Below are positions 1-9,317 of a stretch of DNA of 64,000 bases, in pieces. A program made the position numbers and the translations under genes. The notes under the pieces were generated by a model. It ran no database searches and was not told the DNA's origin. It saw nothing but the letters and a program-made list of their open reading frames with translations. Within the stretch, counting starts at the first letter, position 1, and each line of letters opens with the position of its first letter. The DNA comes from Candidatus Poribacteria bacterium (GTDB lineage: Bacteria; Poribacteria; WGA-4E; JAJDTR01): assembly GCA_965222225.1 (NCBI GenBank), contig CBDCTK010000002.1, forward strand, positions 5,056,850 to 5,120,849. The letters run 5' to 3'.

Positions 1-42
1 GAATAACAAAAAAAGATGAGATGAAGGGAAAGGGCAAGAGAA

Positions 43-828
43 ATGCGTAACCGATACGGATACGGTGCATTTTGTACGTGGGAAAGGAATCACATCGGGG
101 CAGTTAGAGAAGCTTTGTATAGCATAGCAGATGCTATAGAACAACATCATAGGAAGCAGCATGGTGAAGTATGTATTCCTATAATCATGTTCAAAGATGA
201 ACTAATAAGACGGGCAATAATTCACGATGCTGACAAATTCGCCAACTTAGATATGTTTTCCGGATATGTAAATAGTTCGAAAAGATGGGAGGAATTAGGA
301 GGCCCCGATCTTAAATACGGTGCGAAGGAGTGGAAGCCCCGTAATGAAAGAGCAAACAGAGGTTTGAATACATCAAGAAGGCATTTGCATTCAAACGACC
401 ATCACCGCGAATACTTCAATGAAGAAACTGAAATGACAATTCTTCCATTGATAGAAATGGTATGTGATTGGTATGGTGTTTCGGCGCGTTATAACGATGG
501 AATCCCCGATATGGCGAAGTTTGAGGAAAGTTATGAAACGAATAAGTGCAACTTTCCTAATTGCTATCAAAGATTCGTAATTGACAAGGTTTATAGGTTT
601 TTGGCTAAGCGGGAATATGAAATTATAAATCGGATTAGCGAAGTCTGTAAATGCTATGACAAAGATGAATCTGATTTGCCAGCATCTTCCCCTGAATTAA
701 GTCATCTTGATTGCGACATTAAACAATTCCTAACTGCTAGAAAACAACTGTATGATAGCACGTTGGAAGCCTCGACTATGTTAGCAGCTAGAGTTCCAAA
801 GCAAATGGATTTCTCAAAGAGCGAATAG
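43..828 (+). CDS. DUF5662-like HD-type hydrolase
   Basis: Motifs IHDADKF, HLHSNDHHREY and LIEMVCDW match the DUF5662 pattern (HDxxK / NxHHxE / EMxCDW). Confidence 0.6.
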   Translation: MRNRYGYGAFCTWERNHIGAVREALYSIADAIEQHHRKQHGEVCIPIIMFKDELIRRAIIHDADKFANLDMFSGYVNSSKRWEELGGPDLKYGAKEWKPRNERANRGLNTSRRHLHSNDHHREYFNEETEMTILPLIEMVCDWYGVSARYNDGIPDMAKFEESYETNKCNFPNCYQRFVIDKVYRFLAKREYEIINRISEVCKCYDKDESDLPASSPELSHLDCDIKQFLTARKQLYDSTLEASTMLAARVPKQMDFSKSE

Positions 829-865
829 ATTCACTAGTGCAAGCTAAAGCTAATCAATCTAAGGC

Positions 866-1087
866 GTGGAGAACACTATGACTGAGAATGAGAGACGACA
901 CCTAATTGAGGGATACAAATCACTAACTCAGTACGGGTGTCAGATGTCTCAAGATCATATAAGTACCGATCGAGTAATGATCCCTCTATCACTTGCTCCG
1001 GCTTTGTGGGTATTAGCCCCACCGAACGGACCAATTGACGGCAAGTTAGCCGAAACATTGATATTGTTGGGGGCACCGTTTTTATAG
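866..1087 (+). CDS. small hypothetical protein
   Basis: 73-aa ORF; its stop overlaps the next start (TAGTG), consistent with an operon. Confidence 0.4.
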   Translation: MENTMTENERRHLIEGYKSLTQYGCQMSQDHISTDRVMIPLSLAPALWVLAPPNGPIDGKLAETLILLGAPFL

Positions 1088-1380
1088 TGTTTTGGATGTT
1101 GCGTAATTGGCGAAGTGGAAAACGATTACATGCAATATGGGACATATTACGTTTAATCGAGGTAAAACTTGGGTTCGAAACCTACCTCATATTAGACCGA
1201 TTTGTGGACGACTCGCTATTCATCAAGGGACGACCGAAGGGACAATCCAAGATAACGCCGCCGCGAGACTTTACATTGAAGAAATGGTTCGGATGGTCCG
1301 CATTAGCATTCTATGGCCTAGTGTTTGTATTTGACGTCATGGTTGACTTCTGGCGAGCATGGTTGTGTGTCAACTGCTGA
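1087..1380 (+). CDS. small hypothetical membrane protein
   Basis: 97 aa with C-terminal hydrophobic segment WSALAFYGLVFVFDVMV; coupled to the upstream ORF. Confidence 0.45.
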   Translation: MFWMLRNWRSGKRLHAIWDILRLIEVKLGFETYLILDRFVDDSLFIKGRPKGQSKITPPRDFTLKKWFGWSALAFYGLVFVFDVMVDFWRAWLCVNC

Positions 1381-1384
1381 AAAC

Positions 1385-1409
1385 GTCCGATAATTGCAGA
1401 TTATCGGAC
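1385..1409. terminator. perfect 10-bp stem-loop after the three-gene operon
   Basis: GTCCGATAAT-tgcag-ATTATCGGAC directly after the stop at 1380; no U-tract on + (gtttt follows on -). Confidence 0.35.
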
Positions 1410-1977
1410 AAAAAGAAGGCTCATCGGAGTCCATCTCCCCGATGAGCCTAAATTGAAATGCCAAATCCTTATGCCGAGCATGGCGTAAAAAGCCGATGAG
1501 GGCTTTTGGTCTGATTGTCTTCCATCGCGCCTTAGTCCGGTGAATAAGCGATAAAGCGAGATCCACGTTTACAACCGAATACTTTATTCATTTGAATCGG
1601 CGGTGCGCTCATGCCGAGTAGCTGGACGTGCATAGCCCCATGACCAACCGCGTGGACAGAAATTGAAGTCCAGCCGATTGACCACCATATAGCGACGCGG
1701 GATGTTGTGGTTAGGCTTTACTCGATGGACGATAGCGGGGAAGTGTGTTGCGACGTTAAGACCTTGGAATGCCGGAACTGGTTGGAATCGGAATGCGTTC
1801 GTTTGGCACAAAGGTACGTAAACGAGGAATTGAAAGGTTTCGCAAATTGATGTTTTGCGGAAAACCCCCCTCTATTTGCGAAAGAATTGCCTGAAATGGG
1901 AGTTGAAACGAGACAAATGAAGGTATTCTGTTTCAGAGTCAAATCACGGAATGTAGATGCCAGGCGATCTTAGGTCG

Positions 1978-2013
1978 GTTGCAGTCTATGCCCCGATGAA
2001 AAGGGGACTGAAA
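1978..2013 (+). repeat. 36-bp cassette-associated repeat, copy A
   Basis: GTTGCAGTCTATGCCCCGATGAAAAGGGGACTGAAA; near-identical copies at 2680 and 30346. Confidence 0.85.
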
Positions 2014-2119
2014 GTCGAGGCAGGAATGTCGATAAAGCCACCGAATCCACAATATTCGGCTGGTACGTGCGCGATATTACTAAGTTAGTATCTAAACCAC
2101 AGAAAAGGAAGGAGTTACC

Positions 2120-2662
2120 ATGAATAAAGGAATCAGACTCCAGAACGTGCTTCGACGCCTGCTCGTGGTAATACTCGGATTGCTCGTATGGGTTCTCGGA
2201 GTGGTTGTGGCGATCTGTGTTTTGATGCTCATTGGAAAGTATGCCTTCATGCCGATCTATACCGCAGTGAGCCAGCGCGTCACCCCACCGAATTATCAAG
2301 AAGAATGGTCTGGTCGGTGGACGGTAGGCATCAACAAACTCACAACATGGCACTTCCGCCGTGATGGGACATGGACAGTCTCACCTACGAACCCCTTCAT
2401 CATATCTGAAGAAGGCACGTATTCAGTCACCGACACCTCCTTCGTGCTTACCGCTGGCGTCGGCAGTTCGAATGTTGTTAGAGGAACTTGGAACACAATT
2501 GCGGACAAACTTGTCCTGTACATAGAGTCTACCTCGTCTTTCCCTTTTAATCGAGAAGCTCTTGTGTTCGACAAATATATTGAATCAATCGAAGAAAGAA
2601 AACAGCGGATAGGGCAGGAAGGCGGGGTAATGTCGCCGCCGCCGAAGCTAGGTTCTCAATGA
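2120..2662 (+). CDS. membrane-anchored hypothetical protein with beta-rich (lipocalin-like) soluble domain
   Basis: RBS AAGGAG; long N-terminal hydrophobic stretch; WSGRW / FRRDGTW / EGTYSV beta pattern. Confidence 0.7.
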   Translation: MNKGIRLQNVLRRLLVVILGLLVWVLGVVVAICVLMLIGKYAFMPIYTAVSQRVTPPNYQEEWSGRWTVGINKLTTWHFRRDGTWTVSPTNPFIISEEGTYSVTDTSFVLTAGVGSSNVVRGTWNTIADKLVLYIESTSSFPFNREALVFDKYIESIEERKQRIGQEGGVMSPPPKLGSQ

Positions 2663-2715
2663 AAAGCGGACTGAAATGCGTTGCAGTCTATGCCCCGATG
2701 AAAAGGGGACTAAAA
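2659..2715 (+). repeat. right half-site (2659-2676) followed by full 36-bp copy B (2680-2715)
   Basis: ATGAAAAGCGGACTGAAA overlaps the stop of the upstream gene; GTTGCAGTCTATGCCCCGATGAAAAGGGGACTAAAA follows. Confidence 0.85.
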
Positions 2716-2717
2716 GA

Positions 2718-2948
2718 ATGAAAGCCCCCACCCGCGAACGCATCAAAACCGGATTCAAGGTACTGGCAGTAGCCGTCGCCGTCTATGTCGTCATGGTCTG
2801 CGCCGGATACATCGCGCTGCTCAGAGCACCCATGCTCGCCGTCGCCAGCGTGTGGATTATATCCTTCATCACCGGATACATCGTTGAACATCAGAGTTGC
2901 ATTCACTGGCGCGATGAAAAGGGGACTGATCGGACGGTTGGTATATGA
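2718..2948 (+). CDS. small two-TM hypothetical protein
   Basis: ATG 2 nt after repeat B (MKAPTRERIKTGFKVLAVAVAVY...); two hydrophobic helices. Confidence 0.5.
   Translation: MKAPTRERIKTGFKVLAVAVAVYVVMVCAGYIALLRAPMLAVASVWIISFITGYIVEHQSCIHWRDEKGTDRTVGI
2911..2929 (+). repeat. right half-site of the 36-bp repeat
   Basis: GCGATGAAAAGGGGACTGA within the 3' end of the 2718-2948 ORF. Confidence 0.75.
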
Positions 2949-2968
2949 CGGTGCTTTAGCCCTAAAGT

Positions 2969-5900
2969 GTGTTTCGGCAAGAGGCAGTTTTCAAATCGAA
3001 AGGAGAAGTTTTTTTGAATGGGAAGATTTTTTCGACACCTATTGCGCTAGCACTCTGTACAGCCCTAATATGTGTTCCTATGGCATATGCCGAAGAGAAG
3101 GAAAAACAACGGGTTCAACTGAGAGCAGGAGCGGCCTTGCACCGAATCAAATCCTATTCAGAAACCCCTGTCCGTGCACGATGGCATCGGCACCGGGGGA
3201 CAGTCCGCAGTCTTTACAATTTGGCCCTGCCTGTCCCGATAGGAACACTAGAAACATCAATGCGTCAATGCCTTGACGACTACCGTGACCTTTTTGCGAT
3301 GACCGATCCGAGCATTGAACTGCGTGTCACGGATATCCAAAGCAGCTTAACGGGCAGACATGTTCGATTCCATCAATACTACAACGGTATCGAAGTTTAT
3401 GGTGCGACAATCTCCCTCCATACCAACCGTTCTGGGCAGATACGGGTCATCCACAGCAACTACTTCCCACAAATCAATATCAGTACAGTGGCATCGCTCA
3501 CCCCGGAACAGGCGATCGGCATTGCTATTGCCGATGCCCGTGCATTTGATTTGCGCAAGCCGTCGCTTGCCAGCTTGGTAATTTTCCCGAATCGTGATGT
3601 GGGACAGATAGGTGACTATGCCGATGTGTATCGCCTCGCTTACCGCGTAAATTTACATTCCCGTCAACCTCTGGCAAGTTGGGAGTATATCATTGATGCC
3701 AACGCGGGTGAACCGTTGCACCGACGGAACCTACTTAGGTCTGCTGACGGACGGGGGCGTGTTTTTAACCCGAATCCCGTGGTAGCCCTTAAAGATTTTA
3801 TGCTCGTGGATCAGGACGATTCTGCCGACGCAATACCAGAAGCAGCGTACACGGATGTGATTCTGTCTGAGTTGGACGGGAGTGGTTTTCTTGATGGACC
3901 TTACGTGAGTACAAAATTGACCGAAAATCGTGCCAACGAGCCGACGCTGGTGTTCAACTACTTCCGAGATGACCCCCGATTTGAGGAGGTGATGGTTTAT
4001 TATCACGTAGATACAGTCGGGCGTTATGTGAAAGGGCTCGGTTTCGATTTCGTGGACAATTGGCAGATTCCTGCGAATGTACATTTTGGTATGACAAGGG
4101 CTGGTTTCTACGACGATAGCGACGGCTCGATTAATTTCGGAGATGCCGGTGTCGATGTTGCCGAAGATGCCGAAGTGATTGTCCACGAATATGGCCACGC
4201 GATCCTTGATCGACAAGTTCCTGACATTAACAAAGGAGAAGGTGGTGCGATACATGAAGGGTTTAGTGATTTTCTCGCAGCCAGTTTTTTCAGCGCCGTA
4301 AGCGATGGTTTTAGTGACACGCTCGTTTTTGAATGGACTGGTTCAGAAGACCCTGAGGTTGCCACTCGTCCCGTAAATGGTAACAAACGCTATCCCGAAG
4401 ACATTGTAGGTGACCCACACGCCGATGGGGAGATTTGGTCGGCAGCACTATGGGAGATTTTTGAGGCGATTGGACGCGATGCGTCGGTCCGTTTGGTTGT
4501 CGAGAGCCATTTCTTCCTCTCGCCCGACGCGGAATTCGTCGATGGGGCATCGGCAATTCTTATGGCGGACCAAGAACTGAATGGCGGCGTAAATTTGGAC
4601 CTCATCTTGGGGATTATGGAGAACCGGGGATTCTTTACACGCCCCAAATTGGCACTTGATGCCTTTGAGGAGAACGATACAGCGGAGACCGCAGCCATGG
4701 TCAAACTCCCGTATGTCAACGAAGAACTGTCGGTCCATACAGCGGACAATGATGATTACTATAAATTCCGTTTAGATGAGACAATGCAGGTCGGGTTTGG
4801 ACTTGATTTTCAACCCATCTACGGGGAGTTGATGCTAACATTGACGGGCCCCAATAGTATCAAGCTTGTTACCTTTGAAACGAAGGATGTCACATCGCTT
4901 GAATTAGTGCCGGGCGATTATCTCGTTACGGTTTCTGGCATTAATGGTGCAACCAACGATTATAAACTAGCACTCATCATGGACAATCACGGCGATACGC
5001 CTGACACAGCGACACCTGTGTCGATCGGCGACACGATAGAGAGTTTCATTGACTTCAACGGAGATACGGATTTCTTCGTATTTGAAGGAGAGAATGGGCA
5101 GCGCATCGACATCACTGTTACGACTAAGAACTCCGACCTTGACTCTCTGCTCGTTATCTATGGCCCAGATGGCGATCTCTTTGCTAAAAGTGACGATGTC
5201 TTGCCGACCACCGGTCCGGAGCCTGAACTTAATCCGCGTGGTATTGATTCCCGTGTGAATGAAGAGTTACCAGCCGATGGAACGTACCTGCTCGCTGTCA
5301 GCAACATTGCACTTCCCAATCTTAATGTTCCCTTCGGCGGTCTGAACTACTCTTACACGCTGACAATCGGTGGGAAAACCGATGACCATGCAGCCTGCGG
5401 TAGTGGTGAGGAAACGCCGTTGACTTTCGATGAACCTGTAACAGGTGCCATTACTCTTACCGGCGATCCTGCATCTCGTGATCCTCATGACTCGGACGGT
5501 TTCCGCTTTGAAGCGTCAGAGGGCACTGTCATTGCCCTGCGCGTTGAGGTAGAAATGCCTAAACGAGAGGTAATATTCATGGTGACCCAACTTAGTCTTT
5601 TGGATGCGTCTGGGGAAACGTTGGTATCTATTCAGGGCACTCCCAATGGCTTAGAGGTGCGGATTGATGGATTTCTCATCCCTGCCGATGGTGTGTATTG
5701 TGTTGATGTTGCCGGTTTCATAGGAGGCGCGGTCGGTTCCACTTATACCTATGCGCTGACGTTATCCGAGGGCGAACTTCCCGAAGATGACCACGAGGGC
5801 TTAAGAGGGAATCCGACTCCGTTAACGGTGGGGGAACCTGTCGAGGGAGCCATCAGTTTTGCCGGAGATGCCGATGCGTTCCAGTTTACTGCTACAGCAG

Positions 5901-7015
5901 GACAGATCATTACGTTAAAGGTGGGCGGGCAACCCGCCAATCCGTTCTTCAATTTAATTTTGAGTCTGTATAATAGCGATTTGCAGCTTGTAGCAGAGAC
6001 TCCGCTCTTTGTACCAGGTTTTGATTCAATGCTAGAAGGGATTGAAATTCCTGTGGACGGACCTTACTATGCCGAAATTAGAGATACTGCCGGGGGACGT
6101 GGGGTGGATTTTATCTACACACTGACCCTAACAATCGAAGCAGGAGACGGTACGGGTAAATTTCCCCCTTATGATGTCAACCAAGATGGCAAGGTGGACA
6201 TATTTGATCTCGTGCTTGTCGGTCAACATTTCGGCGAAGAATTTATAAACGCCGCGCCAACCGCGGATTTTGGGCGATACCGCTCGGCATCGCCCGAAGC
6301 GGAGCTGAGTCTCCTCATGACCCCAAGTGTGACGGATACACGCCAATTGACCGTCTCAATCCACACCACAGCGGTTGACGACCTTTACGGTTACCATTTC
6401 TCGATCCAGTACGATCCGGCGTTATTAGAACTCCTTACTGCCTTTCCAAGCCCCGTTTTAGATGCTGCACTACACCAAAGTTACTGGCATGTCTCCCAGC
6501 AAGGGACACAACTGGAACTCACACAGACGCGCCAGGGAACGCTGGGAGGTGTGGCGATAGAGGGGGCACTAGCTACACTCGTTTTTCATGTTAAAAAGAC
6601 GGGCCCCCCAGCATCACAACTTCCTATCCAACTCGTTGACCTCCAACTGGCGGATTCGCTGACTAGAGCTATTCCGGTGAAAATGGTTGATGAGCAAGTT
6701 TCAATGACAGAGCTATTCCCTGAACAACCGATGCTGTTGCAAAATTATCCGAACCCGTTTAACCCAGAAACATGGATTCCGTATCAACTCTCTACTGATT
6801 CAGAGGTGATGATCTCAATTTACGATACAAACGGTGCGCGTGTCCGTCGGTTCAACCTCGGTTATCAGCACGTTGGGACATACACTACTCGCGGTAGGGC
6901 GGTCTACTGGGATGGGGAAGACATGTATGGTGAGCCGATTGCAAGCGGCTTATATTTCTATCAGATTCGGGCGGGGGATTATGCTCAAGTGCGACGGATG
7001 GTAATCCTTAAATAG
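2969..7015 (+). CDS. secreted M36/M4-family zinc metallopeptidase with FTP/PepSY propeptide, PPC repeats, dockerin-like repeat, cohesin-like domain and C-terminal FlgD-Ig/T9SS-like sorting domain
   Basis: Signal peptide; GRHVRFHQYYNGIEVYG (FTP); HEYGH and HEGFSD zinc ligands; repeated DDH...GAI...D.D.F.F PPC units; DVNQDGKVDIFDLVLVGQHFGE; LLQNYPNPFNPETWIPYQL. Confidence 0.9.
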   Translation: MFRQEAVFKSKGEVFLNGKIFSTPIALALCTALICVPMAYAEEKEKQRVQLRAGAALHRIKSYSETPVRARWHRHRGTVRSLYNLALPVPIGTLETSMRQCLDDYRDLFAMTDPSIELRVTDIQSSLTGRHVRFHQYYNGIEVYGATISLHTNRSGQIRVIHSNYFPQINISTVASLTPEQAIGIAIADARAFDLRKPSLASLVIFPNRDVGQIGDYADVYRLAYRVNLHSRQPLASWEYIIDANAGEPLHRRNLLRSADGRGRVFNPNPVVALKDFMLVDQDDSADAIPEAAYTDVILSELDGSGFLDGPYVSTKLTENRANEPTLVFNYFRDDPRFEEVMVYYHVDTVGRYVKGLGFDFVDNWQIPANVHFGMTRAGFYDDSDGSINFGDAGVDVAEDAEVIVHEYGHAILDRQVPDINKGEGGAIHEGFSDFLAASFFSAVSDGFSDTLVFEWTGSEDPEVATRPVNGNKRYPEDIVGDPHADGEIWSAALWEIFEAIGRDASVRLVVESHFFLSPDAEFVDGASAILMADQELNGGVNLDLILGIMENRGFFTRPKLALDAFEENDTAETAAMVKLPYVNEELSVHTADNDDYYKFRLDETMQVGFGLDFQPIYGELMLTLTGPNSIKLVTFETKDVTSLELVPGDYLVTVSGINGATNDYKLALIMDNHGDTPDTATPVSIGDTIESFIDFNGDTDFFVFEGENGQRIDITVTTKNSDLDSLLVIYGPDGDLFAKSDDVLPTTGPEPELNPRGIDSRVNEELPADGTYLLAVSNIALPNLNVPFGGLNYSYTLTIGGKTDDHAACGSGEETPLTFDEPVTGAITLTGDPASRDPHDSDGFRFEASEGTVIALRVEVEMPKREVIFMVTQLSLLDASGETLVSIQGTPNGLEVRIDGFLIPADGVYCVDVAGFIGGAVGSTYTYALTLSEGELPEDDHEGLRGNPTPLTVGEPVEGAISFAGDADAFQFTATAGQIITLKVGGQPANPFFNLILSLYNSDLQLVAETPLFVPGFDSMLEGIEIPVDGPYYAEIRDTAGGRGVDFIYTLTLTIEAGDGTGKFPPYDVNQDGKVDIFDLVLVGQHFGEEFINAAPTADFGRYRSASPEAELSLLMTPSVTDTRQLTVSIHTTAVDDLYGYHFSIQYDPALLELLTAFPSPVLDAALHQSYWHVSQQGTQLELTQTRQGTLGGVAIEGALATLVFHVKKTGPPASQLPIQLVDLQLADSLTRAIPVKMVDEQVSMTELFPEQPMLLQNYPNPFNPETWIPYQLSTDSEVMISIYDTNGARVRRFNLGYQHVGTYTTRGRAVYWDGEDMYGEPIASGLYFYQIRAGDYAQVRRMVILK

Positions 7016-7029
7016 TATCAAATACAGAA

Positions 7030-7980
7030 CTTACGCAGAGCAAATAGACATGGGCAGTAAAAAGCAGTAAAATACCGAACAAAGAGGCAAGTATGGCGAA
7101 ACCAACCCGACCTGTTTACTGTCGGTATCTGCTGAGCAACCCTATAAATTATACCATAACACATTCAGGTTCAAACTGAACGAGGATATGTTATCTTTGA
7201 TGATACGGTTTTGGACAACGCCACGCGCGGAACGTAGTTACCTGTGTTTATGTTAATCCAATCTTAGACCGGTTTTGGATAATAGACCATCGGATTTTCG
7301 ACTCCAGTGGGAGATGGGAAGACCAAGTTGAATCACGTCAAAGAGATGTTAGCTCTACTAGCGCACGAAAAACACCTCCTCTTTCAAGCGGTGTTGATGG
7401 ACAGTTGGTATGCTTCCAAGTCGGTGATGCTGCACATTGAGAAACTGCGAAAAGACTACTACTGTCCCCTGTAAACCAATCGTTTGGTTGATGATTAAAA
7501 CGGCACCAAACACTACTTACGGATTAGCGACTTAGCTTAGATCCTCACTGAACTTAATGAATGCAAAAGCATCAAAATCAAAGGGTTTCCTAGAGACCAC
7601 AAAGTGAAATTATTTCGGGTTGTGTCTTCTACCAGACGTACGGATTATGTCGTTACTAACAATCTTGATCATCAAATCAAGATGGAATCCCCTTGTCTCA
7701 AAACAACACTTCAGTTGCACAACAAGTGTGTAACTGGTGCTGGAGGATTGAGCAATTTCACCGGAAAGCCAAGCAACTAACAGGACTTCAGCCGTGTCAA
7801 TGCCGAAAGCGAAAACGAACTGTTCGCAACCATATCAGATGCGTATTGTTAACTTGGGTTCGACTCAAGGTTGTCGCTGACCAAACAGGGCAACCCATTT
7901 ATCAGGTTAAACGCGGGATGTTAAGGGAGTTTTTACGGCTACAGCTAAATCTCCTGCTACCAGAATGGAGTTTGCGTAAG
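7030..7980 (+). mobile_element. degraded IS701-family element
   Basis: Fragments GYVIFDDTVLD, AVLMDSWYASK, W.IEQFHRKAKQLTG..CQCRK..RNHI.C; ATG at 7093; 8-bp terminal inverted repeats CTTACGCA (7030-7037) / TGCGTAAG (7973-7980); many stops, frameshifts and deletions. Confidence 0.75.
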
Positions 7981-7984
7981 CCCT

Positions 7985-8250
7985 ATGGATGAAGAAACAC
8001 AAGAATTGACGGTTCAGTCAAATCAGCTCCGCGCATTTTGTGGCACGCTTTATCAGAAAGCAGGATTCTCCTCAGAACATACAATGGTGATGACAGAACT
8101 ACAGGTCGAAAGGGATACGGATTGGCGTTGATTATGAGCATCCTGGCGGGATCTCTCGTTGCCGGTCAATGGGGCGCATCGGGCGGGCGGTCCGTCCGAA
8201 CACTTTTTCATGGCGCGAAACGTTGCTAGAAAACTGGTGATTGAACTTTT
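7985..8250 (+). pseudogene. internally deleted Ldh_2 (malate/L-lactate/sulfolactate dehydrogenase) family remnant
   Basis: ATG 7985 reads MDEETQELTVQSNQLRAFCGTLYQKAGF (Ldh_2 N-terminus) and jumps into KGYGLALIMSILAG and EHFFMA (Ldh_2 C-terminal motifs) in other frames. Confidence 0.5.
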
Positions 8251-8352
8251 TGGAAGCGTGAAGAATCTAATTCGTAAGAAGGACTGATTGATTGTCGGTA
8301 TCCCATGTGCCTGTAGGTGCTCGGTTATCAATTGGATTCCGGAGGAGAAGAA

Positions 8353-9204
8353 ATGGAAAATCAGAATTTTGAGCTAACCGAACAACAGATGTGTTTCTTT
8401 CGTACTTTTGGCTATCTCAGTTTCCCCGGACTGATGACTGACCGAATCGAAGAGATTGAGTGCGAGTTCGAGGCTATTTGGACAGCGCACGGGGGCGGAC
8501 ATAACGGCAAACCGCACGATGGTAAGGCTCGTTCGTGTATCGTTCCGTTTATTGACCAAAGCGAGGTGCTGTGTTCTCTGTTGGACGACCCACGTATACT
8601 TGGCATTGCATCTTCAATCTTGGGCGATGACTTTAATTATACTGGTAGCGACGGCAACTTCTACGTAGGAGAGACCGGATGGCATTCCGATGGGGCGCGA
8701 AAGCCGGAAGATCCGATGCACATCAAAATCGCGTTTTACCTCGATCCTATAACTCGTGACACCGGAGCGCTGCGTGTCATTCCGGGTAGCCATCTCTTTG
8801 GTGATGGATATGCAGACACGTTAAGCGAGCAGATTAGGAACAGTCAAGATCTATGGGGATTACACGGGCGAAATATACCGGCGGCTGTCTTAGAGACGCA
8901 ACCCGGCGACCTTGTCTTATTCAATCATAACACAAAACACGCGGCGTTTAGCGGGGGCACCCGGCGACGCATGTTCACCATGAATTTGAGTCAGCGCTAT
9001 CCGGAGAATCGGTTGGACGACCTTCGTAAACAGATGGAGAATGCCGCCCGATTTTGGATTGATCGCAAATATGGGGAGAAAATGGTGCGCACAGCCGGTC
9101 CGGAACGTATGCGACATCTGGAGCAGAACATGGCGAACGATGGGCATTTGGCAGAACTTTCTCGTCAAGCACGGGAGCGTATGAGCGAGCCGTCACGCGG
9201 ATGA
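8353..9204 (+). CDS. phytanoyl-CoA dioxygenase (PhyH) family Fe(II)/2-oxoglutarate oxygenase
   Basis: F..FGYL; GWHSDG (HxD); GALRVIPGSH; PGDLVLFNHNTKH; RBS GGAGGAG before ATG 8353. Confidence 0.85.
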   Translation: MENQNFELTEQQMCFFRTFGYLSFPGLMTDRIEEIECEFEAIWTAHGGGHNGKPHDGKARSCIVPFIDQSEVLCSLLDDPRILGIASSILGDDFNYTGSDGNFYVGETGWHSDGARKPEDPMHIKIAFYLDPITRDTGALRVIPGSHLFGDGYADTLSEQIRNSQDLWGLHGRNIPAAVLETQPGDLVLFNHNTKHAAFSGGTRRRMFTMNLSQRYPENRLDDLRKQMENAARFWIDRKYGEKMVRTAGPERMRHLEQNMANDGHLAELSRQARERMSEPSRG

Positions 9205-9317
9205 TCGCCTCGGCTTATTCTGTAGGGAGATTACCGCCCACTATGATAATCAGGGAAATCCCCTAAATGAATTGGGAAACCCGTAGACGTGCATTGGACT
9301 CTAATGGAGGACTATTC

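Noticed and set aside
1978-2929. CRISPR array or hammerhead ribozyme interpretation of the 36-bp repeat
   Set aside because: Spacing is gene-sized and irregular and no cas genes are present. The loop has GATGAAAA but lacks the CUGAUGA/GAAA/UH three-stem arrangement.
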